From an uncultured Elusimicrobia bacterium (GTDB lineage: Bacteria > Elusimicrobiota > Elusimicrobia > UBA1565 > UBA9628), in NCBI GenBank assembly GCA_964358485.1, contig CAYHPY010000001.1:81382-145381 (forward strand): a stretch of DNA of 64,000 nt, given 5' to 3'. The stretch's first letter is position 1. Every line of letters starts with the position of its first letter. Both the position numbers and the translations under genes were made by a program. Shown piece after piece: positions 45,897 through 55,528 of the stretch. The notes below the pieces were generated by a model that saw nothing but the letters and a program-made list of their open reading frames with translations, had not been told where the DNA came from and did no database searches.

Positions 45897-46886
45897 CTAC
45901 CGCGCCAAATCGTCAAAGGCGGCTTGCGCGCGGCCATTGACGTAGTCCAGTTCCTTCTGCTCCACCCCCTCCATTTTCGCGACGGCTTCCATGAGTTGGG
46001 AGAGGTTGAAACGCATTAGAACGCAGGCCTCCCCGCTTTCCAGCTTCCAGGTCGCGCTTGGAGGGGTCTCCTGGAGAGCGGCGTCCAACGGCTTGCGCCA
46101 GGCCTTCATGGCCCAGGGTCGGGGACTTTCAGAGGCTATTTTCATTTCCTCGGGAGTCGGCGCGGGCATGTAGGGAGGGGACATCCAAGAGGCGGCGGCG
46201 ATATGCGCTCTCGCGAGCTTTCCGATTTCATCGCGAGCCATTTCCCGCCCATCGCGCCACGTCGCGGAGCTCGAGACGCTGCCAAAGCCGACTCCCTCGA
46301 AAAAGCGGCCTTCGGCTGTTTTGACGGCAGCCGAACCCCGTTGCGCCCAGGCCGGCTCGGGACCTAATTGGACGGCGGAAGAATCAAAAGCGATGAGGGC
46401 GTTATGGCGGTAGTATTGTTCGATCTTGTGGTCCAGGTTTCCCTGGGCCAGCACCGTTTTCACCGCTTCAGTGAGGGGAATCCGGACCAGGATGGATGGA
46501 GTTCCGGCAGGGGACTTCCACCGGGTCGTGGGGGGAGTTTTCTTGGCCAGGAGGAAAAGAGGGTCTTGCCAGCGAGGAGGTTTTCGCGGGATCCACTGCT
46601 CTTGGTCCTCATTAGGAAGATTGCCTGCGGTCGTAGACTCCATGTAAATGCGGGCCATGGTGTCGAAATGTTTTTTCGCCAAATCGTAGGCGGCCAAGCG
46701 GGCGGCTTCTTCGGTTTTACCGACGCCCTCGAAATGATCGCCTTCGGCCGTTTTGACGGCCGCCGTGCCCCGCTGGACCCAGGCGGGCACGGTTTCCGCC
46801 TCCCGTGCCCGGGGGCCCGCGCATGCCATGAGCGACAAAAAAATGGGCGGGGACAGAACTCTAAAGAAATCAATTCGGCGGTTCAT
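45897..46886 (-). CDS. lipoprotein with two tandem LPP20-like repeats
   Basis: Signal plus lipobox (IFLSLMACAG). Internal duplication: PAWVQRGTAAVKTAEGDHFEGVGKTEE versus PAWAQRGSAAVKTAEGRFFEGVGFGS. Confidence 0.5.
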   Translation of the reverse strand: MNRRIDFFRVLSPPIFLSLMACAGPRAREAETVPAWVQRGTAAVKTAEGDHFEGVGKTEEAARLAAYDLAKKHFDTMARIYMESTTAGNLPNEDQEQWIPRKPPRWQDPLFLLAKKTPPTTRWKSPAGTPSILVRIPLTEAVKTVLAQGNLDHKIEQYYRHNALIAFDSSAVQLGPEPAWAQRGSAAVKTAEGRFFEGVGFGSVSSSATWRDGREMARDEIGKLARAHIAAASWMSPPYMPAPTPEEMKIASESPRPWAMKAWRKPLDAALQETPPSATWKLESGEACVLMRFNLSQLMEAVAKMEGVEQKELDYVNGRAQAAFDDLAR

Positions 46887-47079
46887 CGGGTCTCATTGTA
46901 GCAGACGGCGGCCGCCGGGACCGGCAGGCCCAGTACCCCCGCGCCCCCTTACGGATCGATAGCTTATTTACAATCAATCCCAGAGGGACCCAAGGGGATG
47001 CCCAACCGCAGGCCCAAACTCCCGGGGCGGGGTTTCCCGAGGGCGACGCCCCCCGCCGGTTTCTTGCTACCATTCGCTC

Positions 47080-47628
47080 ATGAAGACCGAAGTCCGGCGC
47101 CTGAATCCCGAGACTCGCTGGGACTTCATGTCGCTGCGCGCCTACCCGGGCTGCGATTGGTGCTTTTGCGTGGCCTGGCATGTCCCGATCTGGGACGGCT
47201 GGAAGGAGCGGACCGCGGCGGAGAATCGGGCCCTGCGGGAGAATCTGTTTTCCCTGGGCCGCTACGACGGCTACCTGCTTTATGTGGACGGTCGGCCGTC
47301 GGGCTGGTGCCAGGTGGGGCCCCTGGCCTGGTTTCCCAAAATGGTCGGGCAATTCGGCCTGGAAGGGGAGCCCGAACAGACTCCGGTGGTGGGCTGCCTG
47401 GAAATCATCCCGGAGTATCGAAAACGGGGCTTGAGCCGGGTTCTCTTGGACGCGGCGCTCGCGGACTTGGGCCGCTCCGGCGTCCGGCGGGTCCTGGCCA
47501 TTCCCCGGGCCGGCCGGCACGAGGACGGAAAGGTTTGGACGGGGCCCATGGCGCTGTTTGAGTCGAGGGGTTTCAAGCCCCTGCGCGAGGCGGGGGAGCG
47601 GGTGGTGATGGAGTTCCTCGTTCCCTAG
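47080..47628 (+). CDS. GNAT family N-acetyltransferase
   Basis: 182 aa with acetyl-CoA-binding-like region LEIIPEYRKRGLSRVLLDAAL. Its 3' end is duplicated at 50100-50237. Confidence 0.65.
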   Translation: MKTEVRRLNPETRWDFMSLRAYPGCDWCFCVAWHVPIWDGWKERTAAENRALRENLFSLGRYDGYLLYVDGRPSGWCQVGPLAWFPKMVGQFGLEGEPEQTPVVGCLEIIPEYRKRGLSRVLLDAALADLGRSGVRRVLAIPRAGRHEDGKVWTGPMALFESRGFKPLREAGERVVMEFLVP

Positions 47629-47671
47629 ATTCCCCCTGCCCTGGCGTGTTCGGGGCGGAGGTGTTATCCTT

Positions 47672-48526
47672 ATGAGGATGCCAAAAAGGGGCCTTTGGGC
47701 GTTGGCGCTTTTATTCCTCCTTCCGGGAGCATGGGCGGCTCCACCCACCGATGAGGAGCTTGAGGCCGAGGACCGCAAGGAATTGGTCACGCCGGCGCCT
47801 CCGGATTTTAAGCCCGAGGACCAGGGAAAGAAGTTGAAGTTGACTCTTATTCCCCGGGACGCCGAAATCCACAGGGGGGAGGCCTTTTGGTTTCGCCTCG
47901 AAGTTCAAAACATTGGACGGACCCCTGTCCCTTTGAATGCGGAATGGTCATTTTTCAAGATCGGGTACGGTGAAGCGCTGGAATATCGATTCCTGGTGAC
48001 TCCTCCCAAGGGAGTTGAGAGGGAGGAGCCGGTCAATTTTTTCCCCACAATGGGGTATCGGTATTTTTCCCCAATCGTTCCCGGTGGCGATAAAATGTCT
48101 CCGGAGGAAAGGGCAGAGGCCTCTCGCCGTATTGAGGCGGAAATGCCATACAAGCGAGCCCGGGGATTCGGGCTTCGGATGCACTTGGCCCCAGGGGAGA
48201 CTCTCCGCACCCGCCCCTGGAAGCATCTGGAGCTAATCCAGGCATACAAGCGGTTGCGGCAGGGAGAAGATCCGTTTCCCCCTGTTCCCGGGGAATTTCG
48301 GGAAGTGGATTTCCACTCCATGGAATTCGATAAAGTCGGAACCTATCGAATTCGAATAGTTTTCACGGCTGATCCCTGGCTCAAGGCTCCGGATGGGGAA
48401 GAGATTGAGGAGGGCATCCGGCTTGGCCTTAGTCGGGAGTGGCAGATGGAGCAGTATAAGGCAAGACTTCGGGAATCCCTTGGCCGTTTCGAGTCGAACG
48501 TCGTTGAGGTTGAAGTCGTTCCGTGA
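47672..48526 (+). CDS. secreted protein, cassette copy 1 gene A
   Basis: Signal peptide MRMPKRGLWALALLFLLPGAWA. The first 49 aa are identical to 50281-51135, then about 65 percent identity; the C-terminus VVEVEVVP is shared. Confidence 0.6.
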   Translation: MRMPKRGLWALALLFLLPGAWAAPPTDEELEAEDRKELVTPAPPDFKPEDQGKKLKLTLIPRDAEIHRGEAFWFRLEVQNIGRTPVPLNAEWSFFKIGYGEALEYRFLVTPPKGVEREEPVNFFPTMGYRYFSPIVPGGDKMSPEERAEASRRIEAEMPYKRARGFGLRMHLAPGETLRTRPWKHLELIQAYKRLRQGEDPFPPVPGEFREVDFHSMEFDKVGTYRIRIVFTADPWLKAPDGEEIEEGIRLGLSREWQMEQYKARLRESLGRFESNVVEVEVVP

Positions 48527-50055
48527 TCGCGGGCTTGCTGGGTTCCTTCCTGCTGATTTTCTCCGGAGGCTTGGCCATGGCCGCCCCATGTCAGCCCCAA
48601 ATCCGGGACCGCCTATCTGCTTGCGAGCCGCCCAAGGCGGAACGCGATCTTCTTTTGGCGGTGGCTCGGAGAGTCGTCGAAGCCCATGGGATGTTTCAGA
48701 AATCCTTATCCCGGGAAGCCGCGTTAAGGAAAATGGCCGCAGGGGGCGAAGATTTGGACCTTCTTGGTCAATGGAAGCTGAGTTTTATCGAAATGGAATG
48801 GGAGCGCAAGCGGATGGAGTTATATTCGGAGCGCGCGCTGTCCGCGGCGCAAAAAATATACGGGATTGTTCCTCCGGTCGTTTCTGGAAACGTCGCCAAT
48901 GGCCCCATGGCGGGCCATCCGGTCAGTTGGAGTCCGCAGTTTTTGCGTTCCCGGGAAAACTACCGCCTTGGGGTTCGACCCGACGGCTCGGATTATTATA
49001 TGGAAACAGTCTTTGATCCCGGAGATGGTGGAATAACGGATGAGGACGGCCGGGTTAATATTGGCATCGGATCGTTTTATTTGGCAGCCGCGATGGGGGA
49101 TACCCTCTTTTTGGCCTTGACGGTACACCACGAAGGGTTTCACTTCTGGGAGCTATTGACTCGAGGTTGGGACACTCATGAGGCCGGGGAAAGTCGCGCA
49201 TGGGGCGAGACAGTCAAGGCGGCCGAGGCCATGGGGGCTGGAGAGGATGCGAAAAAGGCTGTCCACCATATCATGGCGGAAGTTGAGGAGGCGGCGCGGC
49301 AAGATGAATTGAATCCACCGTTCCATAGCGAGAAAATTCAGTTCGATGTGGCCTTGGACTACGAAAGAACCCAAATTGATTCCCATATTGCCGCAATGGA
49401 GCGAAAGGCATTGGACGCCCGGCTGGAATCAATGCGGGCCGAAGCCGCGGGGAAATCCGAGGAGGCCAAGAAGGCCGGAATGTTGGCCCGCTTGGAGGAG
49501 GAGGCCGCCCGCTGCGGGTTCAAGTTCCTTCACCCGGGCAATTGGAATCGATACGGGTTCTATGAAGAGGAGGTTCCGGGGAATAAGCACTTGGGGGCGC
49601 ACTATTATTTCGCCAGAGGCCTCACTTGGGATGAATTTCGGACGGTCCTATTTCTGGCGAGGGCTTGCCTGGATGAGGGGCTTAATGAGCCCTGCAACGA
49701 CGGCTTGGACATCATCAATCGTCGATGGGGTAAGGACGGCTTTGGGGAAGGGTGGGAACTGGCGGTGGAAGGCGGCCAGGGCGGGCAAAAGGCGTGCCTC
49801 GAATACCTTCAGGGACGGATCAAACCCCCCATGAACGTTCGCGGCATCGATAAGGCGGCCTCTCGGGCCTGGAAAGACCTCCGAAAGCGATGGAAGCGGG
49901 AGGGGGAGGCCGCCATGAGGCGCCACCGGCAACAGCAGGCGGAGGCCGAACGGCCGCGAAAACGCCGGGATTGGGAGGCTGATGATTCCGACGGGGAGAG
50001 CCGCTGCGGCAATGCGAATTCCGAAACCGGAATCGTGGGTTGCCGCTCCCGCTGA
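48523..50055 (+). CDS. secreted HExxH-motif protein, cassette copy 1 gene B
   Basis: Signal peptide, two Cys near the N-terminus (APCQPQ...SACEPPK), and an HExxH motif (TVHHEGFHFWEL). The C-terminal tail ...RCGNANSETGIVGCRSR is shared with 51132-52703. Confidence 0.6.
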   Translation: MIAGLLGSFLLIFSGGLAMAAPCQPQIRDRLSACEPPKAERDLLLAVARRVVEAHGMFQKSLSREAALRKMAAGGEDLDLLGQWKLSFIEMEWERKRMELYSERALSAAQKIYGIVPPVVSGNVANGPMAGHPVSWSPQFLRSRENYRLGVRPDGSDYYMETVFDPGDGGITDEDGRVNIGIGSFYLAAAMGDTLFLALTVHHEGFHFWELLTRGWDTHEAGESRAWGETVKAAEAMGAGEDAKKAVHHIMAEVEEAARQDELNPPFHSEKIQFDVALDYERTQIDSHIAAMERKALDARLESMRAEAAGKSEEAKKAGMLARLEEEAARCGFKFLHPGNWNRYGFYEEEVPGNKHLGAHYYFARGLTWDEFRTVLFLARACLDEGLNEPCNDGLDIINRRWGKDGFGEGWELAVEGGQGGQKACLEYLQGRIKPPMNVRGIDKAASRAWKDLRKRWKREGEAAMRRHRQQQAEAERPRKRRDWEADDSDGESRCGNANSETGIVGCRSR

Positions 50056-50237
50056 TCGGGCCGTCCTTTCCTCCCCGGTTCTGGCCCTTACTCCTGGCTT
50101 TGTCGGCTCCCGCCCGGGCCGGCCGGCACGAGGACGGGACAGTTTGGACGGGGCCCATGGCGCTGTTTGAGTCGCGGGGTTTCAAGCCCCTGCGCGAGGC
50201 GGGGGAGCGGGTGGTGATGGAGTTCCTCGTTCCCTAG
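50040..50237 (+). pseudogene. chimeric junction ORF: signal-peptide-like 5' part fused to a duplicated GNAT 3' fragment
   Basis: The 3' part (AGRHEDGTVWTGPMALFESRGFKPLREAGERVVMEFLVP) duplicates the GNAT C-terminus. The 5' part (SFPPRFWPLLLALSAPARAG) resembles the signal region of the gene at 52754. The junction is at the shared cccgggccggc. Confidence 0.5.
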
Positions 50238-50280
50238 ATTCCCCCTGCCCTGGCGTGTTCGGGGCGGAGGTGTTATCCTT

Positions 50281-51135
50281 ATGAGGATGCCAAAAAGGGG
50301 CCTTTGGGCGTTGGCGCTTTTATTCCTCCTTCCGGGAGCATGGGCGGCTCCACCCACCGATGAGGAGCTTGAGGCCGAGGACCGCAAGGAATTGGTCACG
50401 CCGGCGCCTCCGGATTTTAAGCCCGAGGGCGAAGAGCGGAAGCTGAAGCTGACGCTCATTGCCCGGGATTCGAAAATCCGCAAAGGCGAAAATTTTTGGT
50501 ATCGCCTCGAGGTCCAAAACGTCGGTCCTCGAGCCATTCCTTTTAAGGCGAAGTGGTCTTTTTTTAAGGTTGGATACGGAGAGGCGTTGAATTACCGTTT
50601 TCTGGTGACGCCTCCCGGCGGGGTCGAATTGGATCCGCCAATTCGGTTCATGTTGTCGATGGGTAGGGCCTATCTTGACCCTTTTGTTCCCGGTGGGGCA
50701 AAAATGTCGGTCGCCGAGCGGGCCGAAGCGGCTCGTAAAATTGCGGACGACATTCCCCGAAAAGAGGCGCGGGGTTTCGGGCTTCTGGTCAATTTGTCTT
50801 CGGGCGAGACTCTCCGCACCCGTTCCTGGGAATACTTGGACCAAGGCCGCGCCTATCGGCGGCTGAGACAAGGTGAGGATCCATTTCCTGCAACCCCGGG
50901 AGAATTTAGGGAATTGGCTCTCGCTTCGTTTAAATTCGATAAGGTCGGCACTTATCGTATCCGAGTGGAATTCGCGGCCGATCCCTGGCTTGTGGCTCCG
51001 GATGAGGAAGAGATTCAGGAGGGAATTGAGTTTGGCCTCACCCGTGAATGGCAAATGGAGCAGTATGAAGAGAGGGTCCAAAGATCCCTCGGCCGATTCC
51101 AATCCAATATCGTCGAAGTCGAAGTCGTTCCGTGA
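50281..51135 (+). CDS. secreted protein, cassette copy 2 gene A
   Basis: Paralog of 47672-48526. The upstream 190 bp (50238-50427) is identical to 47629-47818. Confidence 0.6.
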   Translation: MRMPKRGLWALALLFLLPGAWAAPPTDEELEAEDRKELVTPAPPDFKPEGEERKLKLTLIARDSKIRKGENFWYRLEVQNVGPRAIPFKAKWSFFKVGYGEALNYRFLVTPPGGVELDPPIRFMLSMGRAYLDPFVPGGAKMSVAERAEAARKIADDIPRKEARGFGLLVNLSSGETLRTRSWEYLDQGRAYRRLRQGEDPFPATPGEFRELALASFKFDKVGTYRIRVEFAADPWLVAPDEEEIQEGIEFGLTREWQMEQYEERVQRSLGRFQSNIVEVEVVP

Positions 51136-52703
51136 GAGTCGGGCTCCTCGCCCTTCTGTGGCTTATTTTCCCCGTTGGCCGGGCGGCTGCCGCCCCCTGC
51201 GATCTCGATCTTCAGAAACGCGTTTCGGTTTGTGAGCCGCCTAAGGAGGAACGCGAACGACTGATGAAAATGGTGCGGCGAGTCGTCGAGGCGCACGGGA
51301 TTTACCAGGATTCTTGGTCTCGGGAAATCACTCTGCGGGAAATGGCCGCCGGGAAGGAGGATTTGAATCTTCTGGGTAAATGGAGGCGGAGTTTGATCGA
51401 TGTTGAATGGCAACGGAAGAGGATGGAGTTGTATGCGGGGCGTGCTTTATTGGCGGTTCAGAGAATTTACGGAATTGTCCCCACCGCCATTTCCCGAGAA
51501 GTCTTCAATGGCCCGTTTGCGCGCCATCCTGCACGGTGGGAGCCGCGCTTCTTGCATTCAAGAAAAATCGGCGAGGGCGAATATCAGGCGGCGTATCGGT
51601 CCGAGAAGTGTCCGGATGGCTCGGAATATTTTTTAGAAACGAGATTCGGGTCTGGGGATGGTGGAGTAACTGACGAGGACGGGCAGGTTAATATTGGAAT
51701 TGAGGCGTTTTATTGGTCGGTCAGATATGGAAGCCCGCTCCTTTTGGCGTTGACGGTGCACCATGAGGAAGTCCATTTCTGGGAACTCGTGTCCAGCGGA
51801 TGGGACACGCATGAGGACGGGGAGAAGCGCGTGTGGGGAAAGACGCTCGCGGCGGCGGAGGCCATGGGAGCCGATGCTCTCATGAAGAATGACATTGAGC
51901 AACAAATGCTGAATTTTGAAAAGGACGCGGAAGGCGGGGGGGATGGAGTGGCGGCGTCGAGTTCCCCGTTTCATAGCGAGAATATTCAGTTCGATGCGGC
52001 CTTTGACTTCGAGAAAGCCTTGTTGGATTCTCAGATGGCGAATCTGGAACGCGGGGCCTTATCCCGGCGGCTGGAGGATTTGAGGGCCGAAGCCGCGGGG
52101 AAATCCGAGGCGGCCAAGAAGGCCGGGATGTTGACACGCTTGGAGGAGGAGGCCGCCCGCTGCGGGTTCAAGTTGCTTCACCCGGGCAATTGGGATCGAT
52201 ACGGGTTCTATGAAGAGGAAGTTCCGGGGAATAGGCACTTGGGGGCGCACTATTATTTCGCCAGAGGCCTCAATTGGGATGAATTTCGGACGGTCCTTTT
52301 TCTGGCGAGGGTTTGCCTGGACGAAGGGCTGGGGGAGCCTTGCAACGACGGCCTGGACATCATCAATCTGCGATGGGGAAAGGACGGCTTCGGGGATGGG
52401 TGGGAGCTGGCGGTGGAAGGCGGCCAGGGTGGGCAAGAGGCGTGCCTCGAATACCTCCAGGGGCGGCTCAAACCCCCCATGAGCGTTCGCGGCATCGACA
52501 CGGCGGCCTCGCGGGCCTGGAAAGACCTCCGAAAGCGTTGGAAGCGGGAGGGGGAGGCCGCCATGAGGCGCCACCGGCAGCAGCAGGCGGAGGCCGAACG
52601 GCCGCGAAAAATCCGGGATCGCGACACTGATGATTCCGACGATGAGCGCCGTTGCGGCAATGCGAATTCAGAAACCGGAATCGTGGGTTGCCGCTCCCGC
52701 TGA
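51132..52703 (+). CDS. secreted HExxH-motif protein, cassette copy 2 gene B
   Basis: Paralog of 48523-50055; HExxH present as TVHHEEVHFWEL. Conserved N-terminal Cys pair and C-terminal tail. Confidence 0.6.
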   Translation: MRVGLLALLWLIFPVGRAAAAPCDLDLQKRVSVCEPPKEERERLMKMVRRVVEAHGIYQDSWSREITLREMAAGKEDLNLLGKWRRSLIDVEWQRKRMELYAGRALLAVQRIYGIVPTAISREVFNGPFARHPARWEPRFLHSRKIGEGEYQAAYRSEKCPDGSEYFLETRFGSGDGGVTDEDGQVNIGIEAFYWSVRYGSPLLLALTVHHEEVHFWELVSSGWDTHEDGEKRVWGKTLAAAEAMGADALMKNDIEQQMLNFEKDAEGGGDGVAASSSPFHSENIQFDAAFDFEKALLDSQMANLERGALSRRLEDLRAEAAGKSEAAKKAGMLTRLEEEAARCGFKLLHPGNWDRYGFYEEEVPGNRHLGAHYYFARGLNWDEFRTVLFLARVCLDEGLGEPCNDGLDIINLRWGKDGFGDGWELAVEGGQGGQEACLEYLQGRLKPPMSVRGIDTAASRAWKDLRKRWKREGEAAMRRHRQQQAEAERPRKIRDRDTDDSDDERRCGNANSETGIVGCRSR

Positions 52704-52753
52704 CCGAGCCGTCCTTTCCTCCCCGGTTCCGGCATTGCTACAATCAATCCGGC

Positions 52754-53350
52754 ATGGCATTCTCCTCGGTTCTGGCCCTTCTCCTGGCTTTGACGGCCCC
52801 CTCCCGGGCCGGCGAGGCGCCCGCCGTCCCCACCTCCGCCTCCGCTCCGGCGAAGGCCGAGGTCAAGGCCTCCACCGCCGCCGCCAAGCCGGGGGCCGTT
52901 CCGGGGATGAAGAAGTTCGTCGCCCATGTCCTGGAGGAGGGGATGTCGGAATCCCTGCCCTCGGCCTTGGTCGCCGCCTATGAGCTTCCGGAGGGCCTGG
53001 ACGGAAGGATTTTGCAGGTCACTCCGCAGGAAACCACCGACGGCCTGCTCCACGCTTTCAACGCCCTGGTTCTCGAAGAAGAGCCCTCCAAGGTCCAGCG
53101 CTTGATCCTGCTGGCCCGCAAGCAGGCGGGCGACGGCCGGAACACCGAATTCCACGCCTTCATTTGCGCTCCCGACGGAACCTTGATCAGGGTGGTCCGC
53201 TCCGCCTGGAAAAACGACCCGGAGGGCCAGGCGATGGGCGCCTCGGCGTCGCATCGTCCGTTGAGCGCGGCGTCCCCGGCGGTCAAAGCTCTTTTCCGCC
53301 ACGAGCTGGATTTCTGGCTCAAGGGCCGCTTCCGGAAAAAGCAGGAATAA
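52754..53350 (+). CDS. secreted hypothetical protein (right boundary paralog of the island)
   Basis: Signal peptide [22 protein letters not shown] (start trimmed to 52754). The C-terminus [18 protein letters not shown] is like that of 40726-41292. Confidence 0.55.
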   Translation: MAFSSVLALLLALTAPSRAGEAPAVPTSASAPAKAEVKASTAAAKPGAVPGMKKFVAHVLEEGMSESLPSALVAAYELPEGLDGRILQVTPQETTDGLLHAFNALVLEEEPSKVQRLILLARKQAGDGRNTEFHAFICAPDGTLIRVVRSAWKNDPEGQAMGASASHRPLSAASPAVKALFRHELDFWLKGRFRKKQE

Positions 53351-53351
53351 G

Positions 53352-54770
53352 ATGGCCCGCCAATCCGCCTACGACGTGGTCGTCATCGGCAGCGGGCCGG
53401 GCGGCGAGGGCGCGGCCATGAAGTCGGTGAAAGCCGGGCTCTCCACCGCGGTCGTGGAATCCTTCCGGGAAGTCGGGGGAGCCTGCACGCACCGGGGGAC
53501 CATCCCCAGCAAGGCCCTGCGCCAAGCCGTTCAGCAATTGGCCGAGTTTCGGCGCAATCCCTGGTATAAGCGCGCGGCCGCCCGCTTTTCCGTCGATTTC
53601 CCCGATCTCTTGAAGGAAGCCGACCGGGTGATGTCGGCCCAGGTGCGCCTGCGGACCTCGTTTTACGAGCGCAACGGGGTCAAGATTTTGGAAGGCCGCG
53701 CCGCCTTCGGCGGGAAAAACGAGATCCGGGTGGAGCATCCGGAGCACGGCGCCCTGGTCCTGAAAGCGGCCAATGTCGTCCTGGCCATGGGCTCCCGTCC
53801 TTACCGTCCCCCGGAGGTGGATTTTTCCCATCCCCGCGTGCTCGACAGCGACAAGGTCCTGGGCCTCAAGGAAACCCCGGCGTCGATCGTGATCTTCGGG
53901 GCCGGCGTGGTCGGCTGCGAGTACGCCTCCATTTTCCGGAGCCTGGGCTCGAAGGTAACCTTGGTCAACACCCGGGAGAAGCTTTTGACCTTCCTGGACG
54001 ACGAAATCATCGACGCCTTGAGCTACCACCTGCGCGACCAGGGCGTGATCCTCCTGCACAACGAGGAGCATGCCAAGGTGGAGGCCGACGAGAAGGGAGT
54101 TTCCTTGCATCTGAAATCCGGGAAAAAGATTCGGGCCGAGTGCCTGCTCTGGGCCAACGGCCGGACCGGCAACACCGATGGCATGGGGCTCGAGTCCCTG
54201 GGCGTCAAGCTCGACTCCCGGGGCAACGTCCAGGTGGACGAGAATTACCGGACCGCGGCCCCGCATGTCTTCGCGGTGGGCGACGTGGTGGGTTTCCCGG
54301 CCTTGGCCTCGGCGGCCTACGACCAGGGGCGCTTTGCCGCCACCCAGATCGTGGAGGGCCGCTGCGACGAGCGCTTGGCCCGGGACATCCCCGCCGGAAT
54401 CTATACTTTGCCGGAGATTTCCAGCGTCGGGCGCACCGAGCGGGAGCTCACGGCGGCCAAGGTGCCCTACGAGGTTGGCCATGCCTTTTTCCGGAGCCTG
54501 GCCCGGGCCCAGCTCATGGGCGAGACCGTGGGCATGCTCAAGCTTTTGTTTCACCGGGACACCCTGGAGATTTTGGGCGTGCACTGCTTCGGCTCCCAGG
54601 CCGCCGAGATCATCCACATCGGCCAGGCGATTTATTCCCAGAAGGGCCCGGCCAACTCCCTGCTCTACTTCATCAACACCACCTTCAATTATCCCACCAT
54701 GGCCGAAGCCTACCGCGTCGCCGCGCTCAACGGCTACAACCGCCTCAAAGGCATCGCCCCCAAGGCCTAG
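53352..54770 (+). CDS. sthA: soluble pyridine nucleotide transhydrogenase
   Basis: Near-collinear match to E. coli SthA/UdhA: [57 protein letters not shown]. Confidence 0.9.
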   Translation: MARQSAYDVVVIGSGPGGEGAAMKSVKAGLSTAVVESFREVGGACTHRGTIPSKALRQAVQQLAEFRRNPWYKRAAARFSVDFPDLLKEADRVMSAQVRLRTSFYERNGVKILEGRAAFGGKNEIRVEHPEHGALVLKAANVVLAMGSRPYRPPEVDFSHPRVLDSDKVLGLKETPASIVIFGAGVVGCEYASIFRSLGSKVTLVNTREKLLTFLDDEIIDALSYHLRDQGVILLHNEEHAKVEADEKGVSLHLKSGKKIRAECLLWANGRTGNTDGMGLESLGVKLDSRGNVQVDENYRTAAPHVFAVGDVVGFPALASAAYDQGRFAATQIVEGRCDERLARDIPAGIYTLPEISSVGRTERELTAAKVPYEVGHAFFRSLARAQLMGETVGMLKLLFHRDTLEILGVHCFGSQAAEIIHIGQAIYSQKGPANSLLYFINTTFNYPTMAEAYRVAALNGYNRLKGIAPKA

Positions 54771-54773
54771 GAT

Positions 54774-54838
54774 GGTGCCAGGTATCCACTTTCTTAACAT
54801 TCGCCCGGGGAAAGTTTAGAAAGTGGATACCTGGCACC
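54774..54838. mobile_element. MITE-like 65-bp element with perfect 21-bp TIRs (copy 2)
   Basis: ggtgccaggtatccactttct taacattcgcccggggaaagttt agaaagtggatacctggcacc; begins 4 bp after the sthA stop. The core differs from copy 1 by 2 nt. Confidence 0.55.
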
Positions 54839-54844
54839 AATGAT

Positions 54845-55528
54845 ATGAAGGGTTTGAGGGGGGTGGGGGTTGTCGTTGGGGTGGTCTTGGCGGTCATGGT
54901 CGTTCGCGCCAAGGGCGGGTGGTTTTTGGAGTCGTTCGCTTTGGGGATGAAGAGTTTCGGCGCTTTCGCCCCCGCGGTTTTGATCTTGGCTTATGTTCCG
55001 GCCTGCCTGTTTTTGATTCCCGGGTCGGCCCTGAGCCTGGCGGCGGGAGCGGTGTTCGGGACGCTCCGGGGGACGATCTATGTTTCGGCGGGCTCGGTCC
55101 TGGGGGCGTGCGCGGCTTTTTTCGCCGGGCGCTATTTGGCCCGGGACTGGGTGCGGGGCCGGCTGGCCGAGCATCCGCGCTTGGAGGTCTTGAGCAAGGC
55201 GGTCGGCAAGGAAGGCTGGAAATTGGTCGGCTTGACCCGGCTTTCCCCGGTGTTTCCCTTCAACCTGCTCAACTACGCCTACGGGGTGAGCGAGGTTTCC
55301 TTCCGGGATTACCTGCTGGCCTCCTGGATCGGGATGCTGCCCGGGACTTTGCTTTACGTGTCGTTGGGCTCCTTGCTGGGAGAGGCGACGGGAGTCAGCG
55401 AGGCCGCGGGCTTGATGAGCGCGGCCCCCGGCTACCGGTGGGTCTCCATCCTGGGCTTTTTGGCCACGGTCGCGGTGGCGGTCCTGGCGGGAAAGCTGGC
55501 CAAGGACGCGCTCGAGAGGAAACTCTAA
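54845..55528 (+). CDS. DedA/TVP38/TMEM64 family membrane protein
   Basis: Start trimmed to MKGLRG. Typical DedA motifs (PGSALSLAAGAVFG, GLTRLSPVFPFNLLNYAYG). Confidence 0.75.
   Translation: MKGLRGVGVVVGVVLAVMVVRAKGGWFLESFALGMKSFGAFAPAVLILAYVPACLFLIPGSALSLAAGAVFGTLRGTIYVSAGSVLGACAAFFAGRYLARDWVRGRLAEHPRLEVLSKAVGKEGWKLVGLTRLSPVFPFNLLNYAYGVSEVSFRDYLLASWIGMLPGTLLYVSLGSLLGEATGVSEAAGLMSAAPGYRWVSILGFLATVAVAVLAGKLAKDALERKL

Noticed and set aside
46870-47790. 306-aa minus-strand ORF
   Set aside because: Antisense to the GNAT gene and the cassette leader, with an Arg/Pro/Gly-rich translation. The GNAT reading is supported by acetyltransferase motifs.
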